A DNA stretch of 62,000 bases. Origin: Felis catus. Its lineage: Eukaryota. A program made the translations under genes and the position numbers. Under the pieces are notes generated by a model, which saw nothing but the letters and a program-made list of their open reading frames with translations, was not told the origin of the DNA and did not search any database. Below are positions 1-11,096 of the stretch, in pieces (positions within the stretch are counted from its first letter, which is position 1; every line of letters begins with the position of its first letter). The stretch covers positions 62,001 through 124,000 of the forward strand of contig NC_058369.1 in assembly GCF_018350175.1 (NCBI RefSeq). The letters run 5' to 3'.

Positions 1-1258
1 CGTCCAGAGACTGTTCTAGGGGCTGGGAAGCAGGCTGAAGGTGGGGTTCCCACCAGACTGGCCGGAAACGGGAGGGTTGGAGGAGGAGAGTTCATTGAGT
101 TCATTGAGTACACAGGGGCCACACGTAGACGGCAGAGGTGTTCCAAGTAGCGGGACCCGAGTGGGTACAGGCCCAGAGGGTTGTTGAGGAACCCTGCAAT
201 GGAGCCCGGCAAGGCGGGAGCATGAGGGAGGGAGGTCAGGGAGCACCAAGCCTTGTTGAGCCTTCACTCCTCGGCCCGGGGATGTGGACTCTCCCAGGGA
301 CCGGACCGTGCCAGGGTCAGGTGCACAGAAGGGAGGAGGTGTCAGGGCAGGAGCCCAGAAAACAGCAGATGCGTCCCTGGGTAAGAGGTGGGTGGGACCG
401 GTGGAGAGGACAGTGCCCTCCTTTGGATCCTGGTTCAACCAAATTGACCACAAAAGGCCTTTTGGGGGACCACTGAAAAAGTGAACGCAGACTGAGTATT
501 CTGATATTAAAGTATTACTGCTAAACTTTTTAGTGTGATCATTGTTATTATGGTTGTCAGTTAGAAGTACATCCTGGAGTGCTTACAATGGTATGACGTC
601 TGGATTTACTTTTACATATTTTTGAAGGGCGGGGGCCCGTCCAGAAAATAACCACGTGAAAAAATCCATCAACACGTTCTTTGACGCACGTTAAAACCAC
701 AGTGAGATACCAGCTCCAAGGCAGCTTTATTGGTGCCAGCCCCAACCGGGAGACAGCTCAGACCTCTTCAGTGGGCGAGGGAATAAAGTTGTGGCCATCC
801 GTGGGACGAAACAGGACTCGGCAACTAGGAAGGCATGAACTGCTAGCAGGCGCGAGGATCTCGGAGACGTTAGCTGAGCCGCGAGGGCGGCCACGAGTCT
901 GCGGCTCATTCCCGGCCCCGGGGAGAAGGGGAGGCGGGGGAACGGGGGTCACGTGTCCGGCCTGAGCGGGCAGCAGACCAGTGTTTGGTTCGGAAAGGAC
1001 TGAACGGTTCCAGGCCCTCTGAGATGCCCGCGTGTGAGCCGAAGGCCTGGGCCCCACCTTGAGCCCACGTGGGCAGGGAAGGTGTCCCCGCGCAGGCTTC
1101 AAGCGAAACGAAGCTCTGTCCTGAGCAGACACCTGTGAATCCTGCGTGTTCACCTGCACGGTGACAAGCAGGCCGCTCTGGAGTCTGTGTGTCCCTTCTG
1201 CCGCGGACCTCCGGCCCCCGGTTGAGGGGGGCGCCCCAGAGGATAGCAAGGCACCTAC

Positions 1259-1376
1259 CTCAGACATGTTTATGCTCCAAATGTTATTCCGGACCCTCGG
1301 GGTGGCCAGTTCCTTCAGGCGACTAGAAGCTTGGTATTCCAGAGTAGGGCGAGGAACGGGCCAGACGGAGGTGCTC
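1259..1376 (-). CDS. THEG: THEG exon 6 (STSVWPVPRPTLEYQASSRLKELATPRVRNNIWSINMSE)
   Basis: Acceptor cccttag|G, donor GAG|GTAGGT, 118 nt, ends in phase 0. Confidence 0.92.
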
Positions 1377-2104
1377 CTAAGGGACATCCACATTTGAGAC
1401 AGCAGCCCGACCAGGGGCATGTCCGTGTGCTTCTGTCACCTCTTCTCAGCCCATCTCTGACTTGGGGAATAAGGGACAGCCCCCGGGGGCCACGGAGGGT
1501 TTTGAAAACACCTCCAGGAGGGGATTCCTTAAACAATCCCCAAAAGAAGGCCCCTAAGTGTTCTCAAGGATAGAGCTACCCTCTCCCGAGGTCGTCGCAG
1601 CTCTGTGTGCAGTGGCCGCCTCCCCATTCAGCACTCCCATGTCCTCGTCTGTGGTGACAGCATCTCCCGGGGCCTCTTGCCCACACACCTGTCATCGGGG
1701 CTGGGGTCAGGATAGAAGGGATAGAAGGGCGTGTCCTGTTCTTGCCACAGGAAGCTGGGGAAAGTGCACTTGTACTGAGCTTGAGGGGCTCGCATCTCCT
1801 TAACTCAGACGTCAGCTCTGCCTGTGTCCCCGAAATAAAGCCATGTTTCATCTTTTCTCATCTCTGAGGTTGGAATGCAGCTGATAAATGCTGTCAGCCA
1901 AACGTCAGAAGCTCCACGGGTGCCCCTGCCCGCATGTGCTCTGCATAGTTGTTGGCACAGAAATGGCCTCCGCCGAGTTACATGCATCCCTCCACGTGCA
2001 GATATCAAGTCTAATCGCACTTTACATTATCTTCAGATTACACGGTGAGTCAGCATTAAAGTGAAAAGTTACTGTCACAAAGACAGGCATAAAGACAGCG
2101 TGTG

Positions 2105-2259
2105 GGGGACGCCTGGGTGGCTCAGTCGGTTAAGCGTCCAGCTTCAGCTCAGGTCATGATCTCATGGTTCATGAGTTTGAGCCCCGCGTCAGGTTCTGTG
2201 CCGACAGCTCAGAGCCTGGAGCCTGCTTCAGATTCTGTGTCTTCCTCTCCCTGCTCCTC

Positions 2260-2302
<43 letters not shown>

Positions 2303-2323
2303 AATAAATAAATGTTACAAAAA
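2105..2323 (+). mobile_element. CAN-SINE (SINEC_Fc type)
   Basis: tRNA-derived head, (CT)n, A-rich tail; degenerate TSD aaa(g/t)acag(c/t)gtgtgg. Confidence 0.92.
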
Positions 2324-2847
2324 ATACAGTGTGTGGAACTTGTCAACATCTGAGTCAAAAAGTGATTCAAAACATTCAGACGCATTTCAGCTAATTTATT
2401 TCCATTATTATTTTCCCTTTTGTGTGCATAAAAGTAGGTAATTAAAAATCTGTATCTAAATAACTCTAAAGATCACTTTTAACAAAATTAAAGTTCTGAG
2501 TGATAAGAAGGAATTGTTTTAAAAGTTGTACATAAAATAATGTCTTAGGATTCCTAGCTTTTGGGGGCCAAAAAAATCCATAATGGTGATAAGTAACATT
2601 TATTGAGCACTTGCTAGGTCTGACGCCGTACTAAGTACCTTTTGTGGATGCTCCCCACCTCCACCCATCCCACAGGTGCATAGCTGTGCCTCAGGGGTCG
2701 AGAACCTGCCCATGGGCCTCCAGCTGGGGATAGCCCAGCCCTGTTTGAAGTCAGGTCATCTACTCCTAGGACCTGGACTCTCCCCATACTACAGCTTGTC
2801 GAGGAAAAGGGGAGGTTTTCTGCCCCACTCTGCCTTCCTTCCCTTAC

Positions 2848-2917
2848 CTGTTGTTGTTGAAATACTCCGAGTAGAACCTTTTAGGTCGAGCTAGCTCCTC
2901 CACTCGGCGCGTCACCA
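2848..2917 (-). CDS. THEG: THEG exon 5 (VVTRRVEELARPKRFYSEYFNNNR)
   Basis: Polypyrimidine tract plus catag| acceptor, donor AG|GTAAGG, 70 nt. Confidence 0.92.
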
Positions 2918-3844
2918 CTATGCAAAAAAGGAGAAACAGCCCCAACTTAAAAACCTGCCCACCCTCAGGGGTTTCCTTCTTGCTGAATCCAGCGTTTCAC
3001 TGGCTACGGCAAAGGGCACGATGTACAGCACTGAGCGCCTAGAGAGCTGAGCACCAGTTACCTTGCAGAGGAGTGACTTTTGCTGCCCCCATCCTGGGGA
3101 CAATGGTCTCAGGGGCCTGAAGCCCCTTACTCAGGACACACAGGATGGGAGCCACAGGGCTGGCATGGGAGCTCAGACCCATCACCAGTTCCTCAACAGA
3201 ACTCAGTGTGGCTCCAACAACCCACTGGCTGGGAAAGTGGATTTTGGTCTGCAGTTAGTACAAGCGTAGGGTTTACAGGGGCTTCATGTTCACTGAGAGA
3301 AAGATTCTAAACCCCCAAGAGAGAACTTGCCTTATTACTTCTCTCCAGGAAGAGATTTCTTGAAATATTTTATTTGAAGGAATCCATTTCTCTCAAAAAC
3401 TATAGAGACCATTGCAGAAGGGAAGGCAAAGAGTCTTTTAATAAATTTAGTATTAATCCCCATTTTGGCTGTAGTGCAAATTTGGATTCCCCCTAGAGAG
3501 TCTGCCCCACACTCCCTCACCCCAGGACCAGCCTCCTGAGGCTCTGGCTCCTCAGGGGACTGAGGCCAGAGATGACACACCTGGGGGAAGGGGGATGGCC
3601 GACGAGGGAGGAGCAGCAGGGAGTTCTGTCCTGAGGTTAGGGCTACGGAAGCCCCAAGATCTCCTCAGTTGGAACGAGGCATGGGTTGGAGTGGAATGGG
3701 GGTGACCCAGCCCCAGGAGACCAGGGGCAGCACGTGAGACAGGGTGGCCAAGCACCAGAGCTGGGACAAGGGCTACCTCTGGCCAACCCCTGAGCTAGGT
3801 GACCCCTGATGGAGAAGTGGGGGTGGTGGGTGGGCTCAGCCTAC

Positions 3845-3906
3845 CTGGCACCGTGACAGTGAGGGTGGTGTCTTCAAGAAACCTCTCTGTCCAGTACACA
3901 GAAGGC
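3845..3906 (-). CDS. THEG: THEG exon 4 (PSVYWTERFLEDTTLTVTVP)
   Basis: Acceptor attccag|G, donor G|GTAGGC, 62 nt. Confidence 0.92.
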
Positions 3907-4331
3907 CTGGAATACACCGAGGGGTGGCTCAGAGCGAAGGAAGCCAGGGCACAGGACACAGACAATGGGGCACAGGCAGGGTGGTTGGAGGTGGAAGGAG
4001 GTTGGAGGAGGACAAGTTGAGAGGATGTGGAAAGGGGCAGGTCAGAGAGGCTCGTGGGAAATGTGGTTTATTTTGAGCAGGGCTGGTGTTCAGAGAAAGG
4101 GGAGGTGGGAAAAGAAAAAGGCGCAGCTAAGGGCGGAGCCCAGGGGCCCTATCACAGCAGCAGATCCACTCCTCAGCTGGGTGGGCTGGCGTCCGGAGCA
4201 CCAGGGTGGTTGGGAACGGCCCTTGGGGTGAGGAAGCCCCCCATCGGAGGGCCCTTTCCCCCAGTTCTTGCCCCTGGAGAGGAGGGCAGATCCCCCCGTG
4301 GCAGGAGATGGAGAGGCTCCCTGAGACTCAC

Positions 4332-4403
4332 CAGTAGACACAGAACTGCAAGTTCCTCTTGCACGGGGACACCCAGGCATAGCCCTTACAGCAGCACCCC
4401 ATC
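4332..4403 (-). CDS. THEG: THEG exon 3 (MGCCCKGYAWVSPCKRNLQFCVYW)
   Basis: Acceptor catcacag|G, donor TG|GTGAGT, 72 nt. Confidence 0.92.
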
Positions 4404-4693
4404 CTGTGATGAGACGGCCCAAGCCCCTGCCTTTGCTCTGCGGCCCCATTCGCCCAAAGGCCTCACTGTCCTCAGGCAGTTCCCAGAGGCCACCCCAGTC
4501 CTGCCTCTGGAACCCTGACTTCTCACCTCCCTCTGCACCTGCCCCCAGGTCATCATGTGAGTGACAGAGAGCAGTCGGGACGGGCAGCCCAGGGGGTGAA
4601 CACGGGGGCGGTGGGGGGGGGGACCGCCAGGAGCTGCCCTCCTCCTCATGGACCCCCACCCCTGCCTCCAGTGAGGCTTCCCACAGGCCTCAC

Positions 4694-4813
4694 CTGTCTC
4701 TTAGGGCTTGCCAGTTGGTCTTGGGCTTTGCCAGCTCGAAGACCCGCTTCCTCCTCCTCCTCATCCCTCTGGCTGAGGCAGCACTGGGGAGCCTCTGGGT
4801 GATGGACAGCCGG
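4694..4813 (-). CDS. THEG: THEG exon 2 (SRLSITQRLPS...RRRRKRVFELAKPKTNWQALRDR)
   Basis: Acceptor ccccaag|C, donor AG|GTGAGG, 120 nt, in frame. Confidence 0.92.
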
Positions 4814-5779
4814 CTTGGGGAGAGGGGCGTGGTGAGCGGGTCGGGGGCTGTGCCCAGTGAGGCTCCTGGCCTGTCTGGGGGTGGGTCTGGCATCGCAGAC
4901 ACCTGGGTGAAGTCCTAGCTCCCCCAGCCCGGTGTGGAACCCCGGCCAGGTCACCGCCTCTGTGAAACGGCAGGAGACCTGCTCCCGGCTCCCTAAATCT
5001 CGTGAGCATGCATTAAGTGCCTACTGTGTGCCAGACCCCTGGAAACCCAGGGAGCGGGAGGAATAGGATGTTGGGGGCTCAGACGCCCACCTGTCCCCTC
5101 GCTGGGTGCTGCCCCTGGCCGGAAGCCCCACCGAGGCCCCTCCCACCGGCCTGCGCCTTTTTTCCCACGGCAGGTGTCCCCGGCCACCGCCTGCCACACC
5201 ACAGGTCTGGGTGTGTGTTTATCACACAAGCTCCATGGGGGGCGTGGGGGCTGTGCAGGGTTCCAGGGGGGCCACGGGGAGCGCACGTGGAGTCCACCAG
5301 TGCCGGCCCACGGGCGCTCCCGCTGGAACCGGCTGAGGCTGGCCAGGGCCGGTGGAGGGCAGGCGGGAGGCCCACAGCGCAGAGCCCCGCACTGCGAGGG
5401 AGCACCCGCCTCTTTCCAGGACACACACCTTGCCAGAAACCAGCCCCCGCGGGTTCGCAGGCCACCAGTTACCACTGTACCCGAGCTGGCGGGGACTTGG
5501 AATGGTTTCAGCTTCTGAGCTGCGCCGGGAGACCCTCCCGCTTGCTTTCCTCTCTGACGGAGTCTCCACCCCTGACTCCTCGTCTCGGGGAAGGTCTCCA
5601 ACCCCAACCCACCCTCCGCCTGGACAGGGCTGTGTTCACTGGCTCCTGCCTCAGAGGCCAGTGAGCGGCTGTCCCCCAGTCCTCCCGCCCACAGCGGGGG
5701 CACCTGGGGCCTCGCTGGGGCTGCTGCCCTCCCCCCACTGCCCCTGCCCCTGCCACGAGCCCCACTCCGTGGTGCCCAC

Positions 5780-6078
5780 CTCATCTCAGGTATGCCCTCC
5801 GCGTCTTTCTCCAGAACCCTCTCCAGCGGCTCGAGGGCCTCCTCGGGGGCCCGGGGGCCAGGCGGTTCTCCCTCAGTCACCTCCTCTGGGAGGGTCTCCG
5901 CTTCTCGGTCTTCAAAACTCAGCTCCTCGTCATCCAGGCACGTGGTGTCCTTGGTCCCTGGACTCCCGAACACTGCGCCCTGCACGCCGAGGGCATCATC
6001 GTCCTGTCCCCAGTCGGGCCCGCCTTCGGCCTCCGAGCTGTGGTGGCCGTGGGACAGACTTCGCCGGCGGTCCCCCAT
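5780..6078 (-). CDS. THEG: THEG coding exon 1 (MGDRRRSLSHG...LERVLEKDAEGIPEM)
   Basis: ATG at 6078-6076; acidic N-terminus like human THEG; donor AG|GTGGGC after 5780 (phase 2). Confidence 0.9.
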
Positions 6079-6141
6079 GTACTGGGTCCTCCCCAGTCCT
6101 GCAGCCTTGCTCCCCAACACCCAAGCGTGTCTGTGGTCGCG

Positions 6142-6154
6142 GTCACCGGGCAAC
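6142..6154. promoter_or_regulatory. RFX X-box in the THEG proximal promoter
   Basis: GTCACC-G-GGCAAC fits GTNRCC(N0-3)RGYAAC, 64-76 bp upstream of the ATG. Confidence 0.55.
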
Positions 6155-6473
6155 AGGAGAATGGCCCGCCCGCATTCGCATTCTCGGGGTCCACATTCCA
6201 TTCCCAACAGGTCTGCCCCTCCCCATGGGGGCTCTCCCACCAGGTCCTGCCAGGGGGCTGCTTAGCCCCTCTCTCTGTCTTTTCCTGGCTGAACCAGGAG
6301 TAGGACCTGACCCCATCCCACATTTCTTCTTAGTAAGAGGCCCCAGTTGTGCTCCGTTCAAGGGGCCAGTGCTGGTGGCTGTACCTTCCCAGGACTGGCT
6401 TAGGAATGAGACCCGAGGGGGAATCTGCAGGGGGCTTCGAGGAATGGTTTCCTCTCTCTTGAAAGGACACATA

Positions 6474-6644
6474 GGGGGTGCCTGGGTGCCTCAGTCGGTT
6501 GAGCGGCTGGCTTTATTTACCTTAGGTCATGATCTTGCAGTTTGTGGGTTCGAGCCCTGGGTCGGGCTCTGTGCAGATAGCTTGGAGCCTGGAGTCAGCT
6601 TTGGATCCTGTGTCTCCCTCTCTCTCTGCCCCTCCCCCGCTCAT

Positions 6645-6687
<43 letters not shown>

Positions 6688-6708
6688 AATAAATAAACAT
6701 TTAAAAAA
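6474..6708 (+). mobile_element. CAN-SINE (SINEC_Fc type)
   Basis: ggggtgcctgggtg...gagcctggag...(CT)n...aaaaataaataaacatt. Confidence 0.92.
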
Positions 6709-6980
6709 TTGTTTAAGTAATAAAATTTATTTCCCTTCTTTTTTGGGGGGAGGCATATGACACAGAGAAAAGACAGAGGTACGAGGGCGTGGCGGGGGGG
6801 CTTTCCTGTGGTGGATGGAGTGTGGTGAGGCTGATCCTGACGGTGCAGGCACACAGGCCTGTGGGCCCAGGACGGGAGACACGTGCGGTCCCACGTGGAG
6901 GGTAGTCCCTAGGCGCTCCCGCCAGGAATGCTATGCCCCTGCACGAGACCTCCCACGCTGCCGTCTGCCCCCCCCCCCCC

Positions 6981-7163
6981 CCGTCCGCCCGAGGTTCTGC
7001 AATCCCAGGTCGACGTGCGGAGTGGACAGAGCAAGTTCCTGTTCTATATCTCCAGCTCCAAAACTCCATTTAATATGTTGTCCTCCGATAGAGGACGTGT
7101 CACATGTTAAACTGATAAGAACAGATGCTACGATTGATCTTAGCCAAAAGGCTGAGAAGCGAT
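6981..7163 (-). pseudogene. RNU2: U2 snRNA-derived copy, near full length, probably a pseudogene
   Basis: Minus strand reads ATCGCTTCTCAGCCTTTTGGCTAAGATCAATCGTAGCATCTGTTCTTATCAGTTTAA...GTCCACTCCGCACGTCGACCTGGGATTGCAGAACCTC, colinear with U2. The branch-point pairing site GTAGTA is GTAGCA here and the Sm site ATTTTTG is AGTTTTG. Confidence 0.92.
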
Positions 7164-9199
7164 AAAAATCCTTGTTAAGTCCACTTTCCTTCCAGAGACA
7201 GCTCATTAAACCTGCTTCGCGTGAATTCAAGTCCATATTGGGAAGGCCAGGCATCCCTTCGAGCTCACGGGGGGAGCAGGGTCTCCAGAGCCAGGCGCAC
7301 ACACGAGGTCAAGGAGAGGGCGCTGAAGAGGCCAGAGCTCCACCGGCCCTGAGGGAAGGGCTGGACAGTCCACTTCTGCTGCCCAAATATGCGGAAAAGC
7401 AAGAAAGTTCACAGCCAAAGGGCTGAAGGCAGGGTGGTAATCTCTGGATATGCGGATGTTTCGAATGGAGAACAGGCTGCAGCCTGCCAGGGAGGGTCCG
7501 TTCCCTGCCCCTTGTGGCGGTAGGCCTGGGGTCCCCACTTCCCACGGCTGTCAGCCGAGGGCAGTCCCGGCTCCCAAGGGGCACCGCAGCGCTGGCCCAG
7601 GGCCCTCCTTCCATTTCTAGCCAGCAGCGAGGCCTGCCCCTCTCCTGCCCCTCACGTGTCTGGAGTCAGCCGAGAAAGGGCCTCAGTTCCTAAGGACCCA
7701 CGTGATCACATGAGGCCCCTCCTGGGTAACCCAGCGCAGCGTCTGCAGCCTTAACCACATCGTACAGTCCCTTCGGCGACACAGGACACTGTGTTCCCGG
7801 CATCTTTGAGGCTACTATGCTTCCTACCACACCCAGCTCACTCCACACACAAAAATCCACTCGAAATGATTTCAGGGCTCGAAAGGCAATCGGTAAGAAA
7901 AAGCATAAACCAAGTGTAAAATAGGAAGCAGACAGGAGGAGACGTTTCACAGGAGACACGAAGACATGACACGCGGTGTCACAAACAGGGAAATGAAGGG
8001 AAAACTGGTGAGGTCACAGTTCACATCCATCCGGCCGGCAAAACCGAAGACTGGCCGTGAGACGTCGGAGAGAACGACCTCTTGTGCACACAGGGACGCG
8101 GCCCAACCGTGGAGAACAATTTGGCCCGAAGTCATAAAGGTGCATCTGGCGACACCCAGCTGGACACTGGCAGCGCTGACCGCGGGGGCCCGGCAGCACC
8201 ACTCGCAATGGGGAGAAGGGAGGGCAGCCCAGGAGCCGGCTCACAGGGGAAGCGGAGGAGGGCCCGGCAGCGTGAGCACGAGCAGCACCCGGAGAGCGCG
8301 GACGTGGCTCAGGAGAAGCAGGCGGATCGGAAGGAGCGGCCTGCAGGCACCCGTGTGCCCACGAGGAGACCTGAGGGCGGTGCTGGTGGGGTCGTGGGGG
8401 GCAGGTGGCTGAGTCCCTCCCTCCCTACTCTGGGGTTCTGAGTCGAGCTCATGGGTGCTCGTTATGTGAGGCAGGAGCGAGCGCCCCAGCGGGCAGCCGA
8501 ACAAGAAGTGAGACGTAAGACAGGGTCACACCGGACTAGCAGCGATGGCATCTCAGGAGGGACACAGGACCCTTACTTACTCGGATTCCGAGCACAGGCC
8601 AGGGCGGGGGGACGAGGAGGGAGGAAAGAAACGAAGGAGCGGTGGCATGACCAGTACTGTTCCCTAAACTCCCTCCACCTGGTTTTAAGTGACTTCGAAC
8701 TAAGCCTGCAGAGAGAAGACACAGCTACTCACCCCGCCGTGCCTGCGGGGCGCAATGCAGGCCAGAGCCCGGGACCCTGCCTGGACCCCGTGGTGGCGGG
8801 AGGGAAGGGGGGGATGGCGTGGGGAGGGGGAGGCGGCGCAGGTGCGCGGCGGCCCTTCGCAGGGAGACGCGGCAGTGACGCGGCGTGGCCACCAGAGGTC
8901 GCCCCTCTCAAGGGCATGTCGGGCTCCCCGGGAGCCGGGCCGATCGGGCGCCCTCACCGCCTCGAGGCCCCGCCCCACTCCTCATCTCTTATTCCCCGCC
9001 CCCACTTTCCTCCGGGAAGAAACGTGCTCAGGGAGACCAAGTCTGCTAACCAAAGTTTGACTTGCTCAGTTTTATTAATCCTTTTTAACCAAAAGAGAGC
9101 AGGCCCATGTCTGGGGGCAGGGAGGGAGACCCAAAAAAGCTGGAATTTAAGAACCTTATTTTGTTGGTACTGCTGTTTGTTTACACACCTTGTTTCTGG

Positions 9200-9955
9200 T
9201 TTTGTTCTGTGATTGTTTCAAAATAACTGCCTAGAAAAATTGCAAGCGTGTACTGAGAACCGCCATGGACTTTTCACCCGGATTCACCAACTGTTAACAT
9301 GTCGACACATTGCTTTATCATTCCCTGAACATTTGAGGACAGTTGCAAGCATCACGCCCCTTCACCCCCCCCCCCCCCCCACCAAGACTTGAAGACTCGG
9401 CACGTATTTCTAAGAACGAGGATGTTCTCTTGCATAACCACAGCAGGTTATCAAAATCAGGGTGAACATAGCATGGATACAACCCCTTAGTTCATCAAGA
9501 TTTCTTCCCCAAATTTCAGAGACAGTCCCATAATGTCCTTTCCCACGGTTTCTTCCCCTCCAGAGTCAGTCCAAGCGAGGCATCACACCTATGAGCCTCT
9601 TCGGTACCCTGTCCTCTGACAACCCTTCACTCTCTTTCATGACCTAAACAGTTTTGAAGGTTTGGGCCAGTTATGTCACACTGTCCGGGTTTCTCTAATA
9701 TGTTCTCATGATCGGTGAAGGGATGTGCATTTTGGCAAGAATCCCTCAGCGGGTGCTGTCCGAAGGCGAGCGGAGCCAGCAACACATCCCGTCGCTGCGG
9801 ACGCGAACCTCCCTCCTTTGACTCAGGTGGTCTGTCCAGGTTTCTCCACAATACAGTGCCATGTTCTCCCCCTTGAAGTTAATAAGCATCTTTTGAGAAA
9901 TACTTGAAGACTATTCAGACACTGTTTCCTCTCATCAAACTTTCAGCCGCGACTT
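9200..9955 (-). mobile_element. Ancient L1MC-like 3' fragment
   Basis: cccggattcaccaactgttaacat...ctcttgcataaccacagca...ttttggcaagaat. Confidence 0.6.
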
Positions 9956-10970
9956 TTACAGCTTCTTTCTTTTTATGGAAAGTTGTGCTGGTTTCCCATT
10001 TACAGACACGGTACACTCTTTTTCGTACAAATTCACTCAGGAAACGGGTCAATGTGCTGACCTAAAGAGATGCATCAGGCGACAAGAGTACGCGTGGGTC
10101 GACCAAAATCATGACAGCGACTCGAGTGATAGGGGCGCAAAAGCTGTGTGTTGTCCTTCAGGCGACACTCCAGGCCCCTCCCCCAAAATCCCTCCTGCTC
10201 AGTGGGAACATGTGTCCCCAGACTATGGGCTTCCCAGTGGCAGTTCCCAACACAGGCTTTGGGGATGTAGGGATGGCCGGAGCACAAGCCGTACAGGGCG
10301 GAGTGACGTGTTTCTGCTGGGGCCCCCCTCCCCCACAAAACCCGGCACCTGGGGGCATCTAGAGTCTCCTGCGGCTGCTCTAACAAATTGCCCCAAAGGC
10401 AGTGGTTTCAAACAACACACATTTATTCTCTTACAGTTCTGGGGTCAGAAGTCAACTCGGTCTCACTGCGCTAAAGTCAGGGTGTGGGAAGGGCTGGTTC
10501 CCTCGGAAGGCTCCAGGGGAGCATCTGTTCCCACAGATCCGAGAAGCCACACAGGGGATGGGGTGACAATTTAAAGAGGAGCCACATCAAGGAGCCACTA
10601 CGGCCACCACTGTTAGGGGCTGCAGCAGAAGCCACATGATGGAAGCTGGGACCTCGGTGGGCCTGTCCAGAGAGCTGGAGCCACAGCGGGGACACCACCT
10701 AAAGCCAGAAGAAAGGGAGAGGGACAGACACCCGGCTTCTCCCTCTAGGGTTCCCCCCGATCTCCCACTGGTGGAAGAGACAGGGCAGGGGTTCTCCGAG
10801 GTGTCGAGTTTTTTCTACAGCGCGGAGCAGGCGGGGGGCGGGCCGAGTGCAGAGGGGCCAGTGACCTGCTGTCCAGGTCGCTTGCTCTGCTCTGTTCAAG
10901 GAAGCCGCAGTGACCCTGAAATCCTAAATCCTCTGGTGTGCGGTAGGATCGTATTTTGTTACAGTGACTA

Positions 10971-11096
10971 GGGGAGCCTGGGTGGCTCAGTCCGTTGAGC
11001 GTGTCTGACTCTTGGTCTCAGCTCAGGTCTTGATCTCAGGGTCGTGAGTTCAGGCCCCGTGCTGGGCAGCACGTTGGGCATGGAGCCTGCTTAAAA
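10971..11096 (+). mobile_element. Short or older CAN-SINE
   Basis: ggggagcctgggtggctcag...ggagcctgcttaaaa. Confidence 0.8.

Larger units (their letters stand above)
1259..6078 (-). other. THEG: THEG/SPMAP2 gene, coding exons 1-6 (partial; exons 7-8 expected left of the window)
   Basis: Six GT-AG exons (299+120+72+62+70+118 = 741 nt, 247 codons) splice in frame to MGDRRRSL...ELAKPKTNWQALRDR...KGYAWVSP...PSVYWTERFLEDTTL...RRVEELARPKRFY...SSRLKELATPR...WSINMSE. This matches human THEG as recalled, with THEG-repeat LA-x-PK motifs. It is syntenic with C2CD4C-SHC2-ODF3L2. Confidence 0.93.

Noticed and set aside
2105..2190. tRNA genes at SINE heads (here and at the other SINEs)
   Set aside because: They are tRNA-derived CAN-SINE heads followed by SINE body, (CT)n and A tail.
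5352..6692. 446-aa plus-strand ORF
   Set aside because: It is antisense to THEG exon 1, low-complexity and GC-rich, and runs into a SINE (CT)n tract; no recognisable domain.
6981..7163. Functional canonical U2 gene
   Set aside because: Branch-point pairing and Sm sites are mutated, the 3' terminal stem is degraded, and no clear 3' box or DSE is visible.
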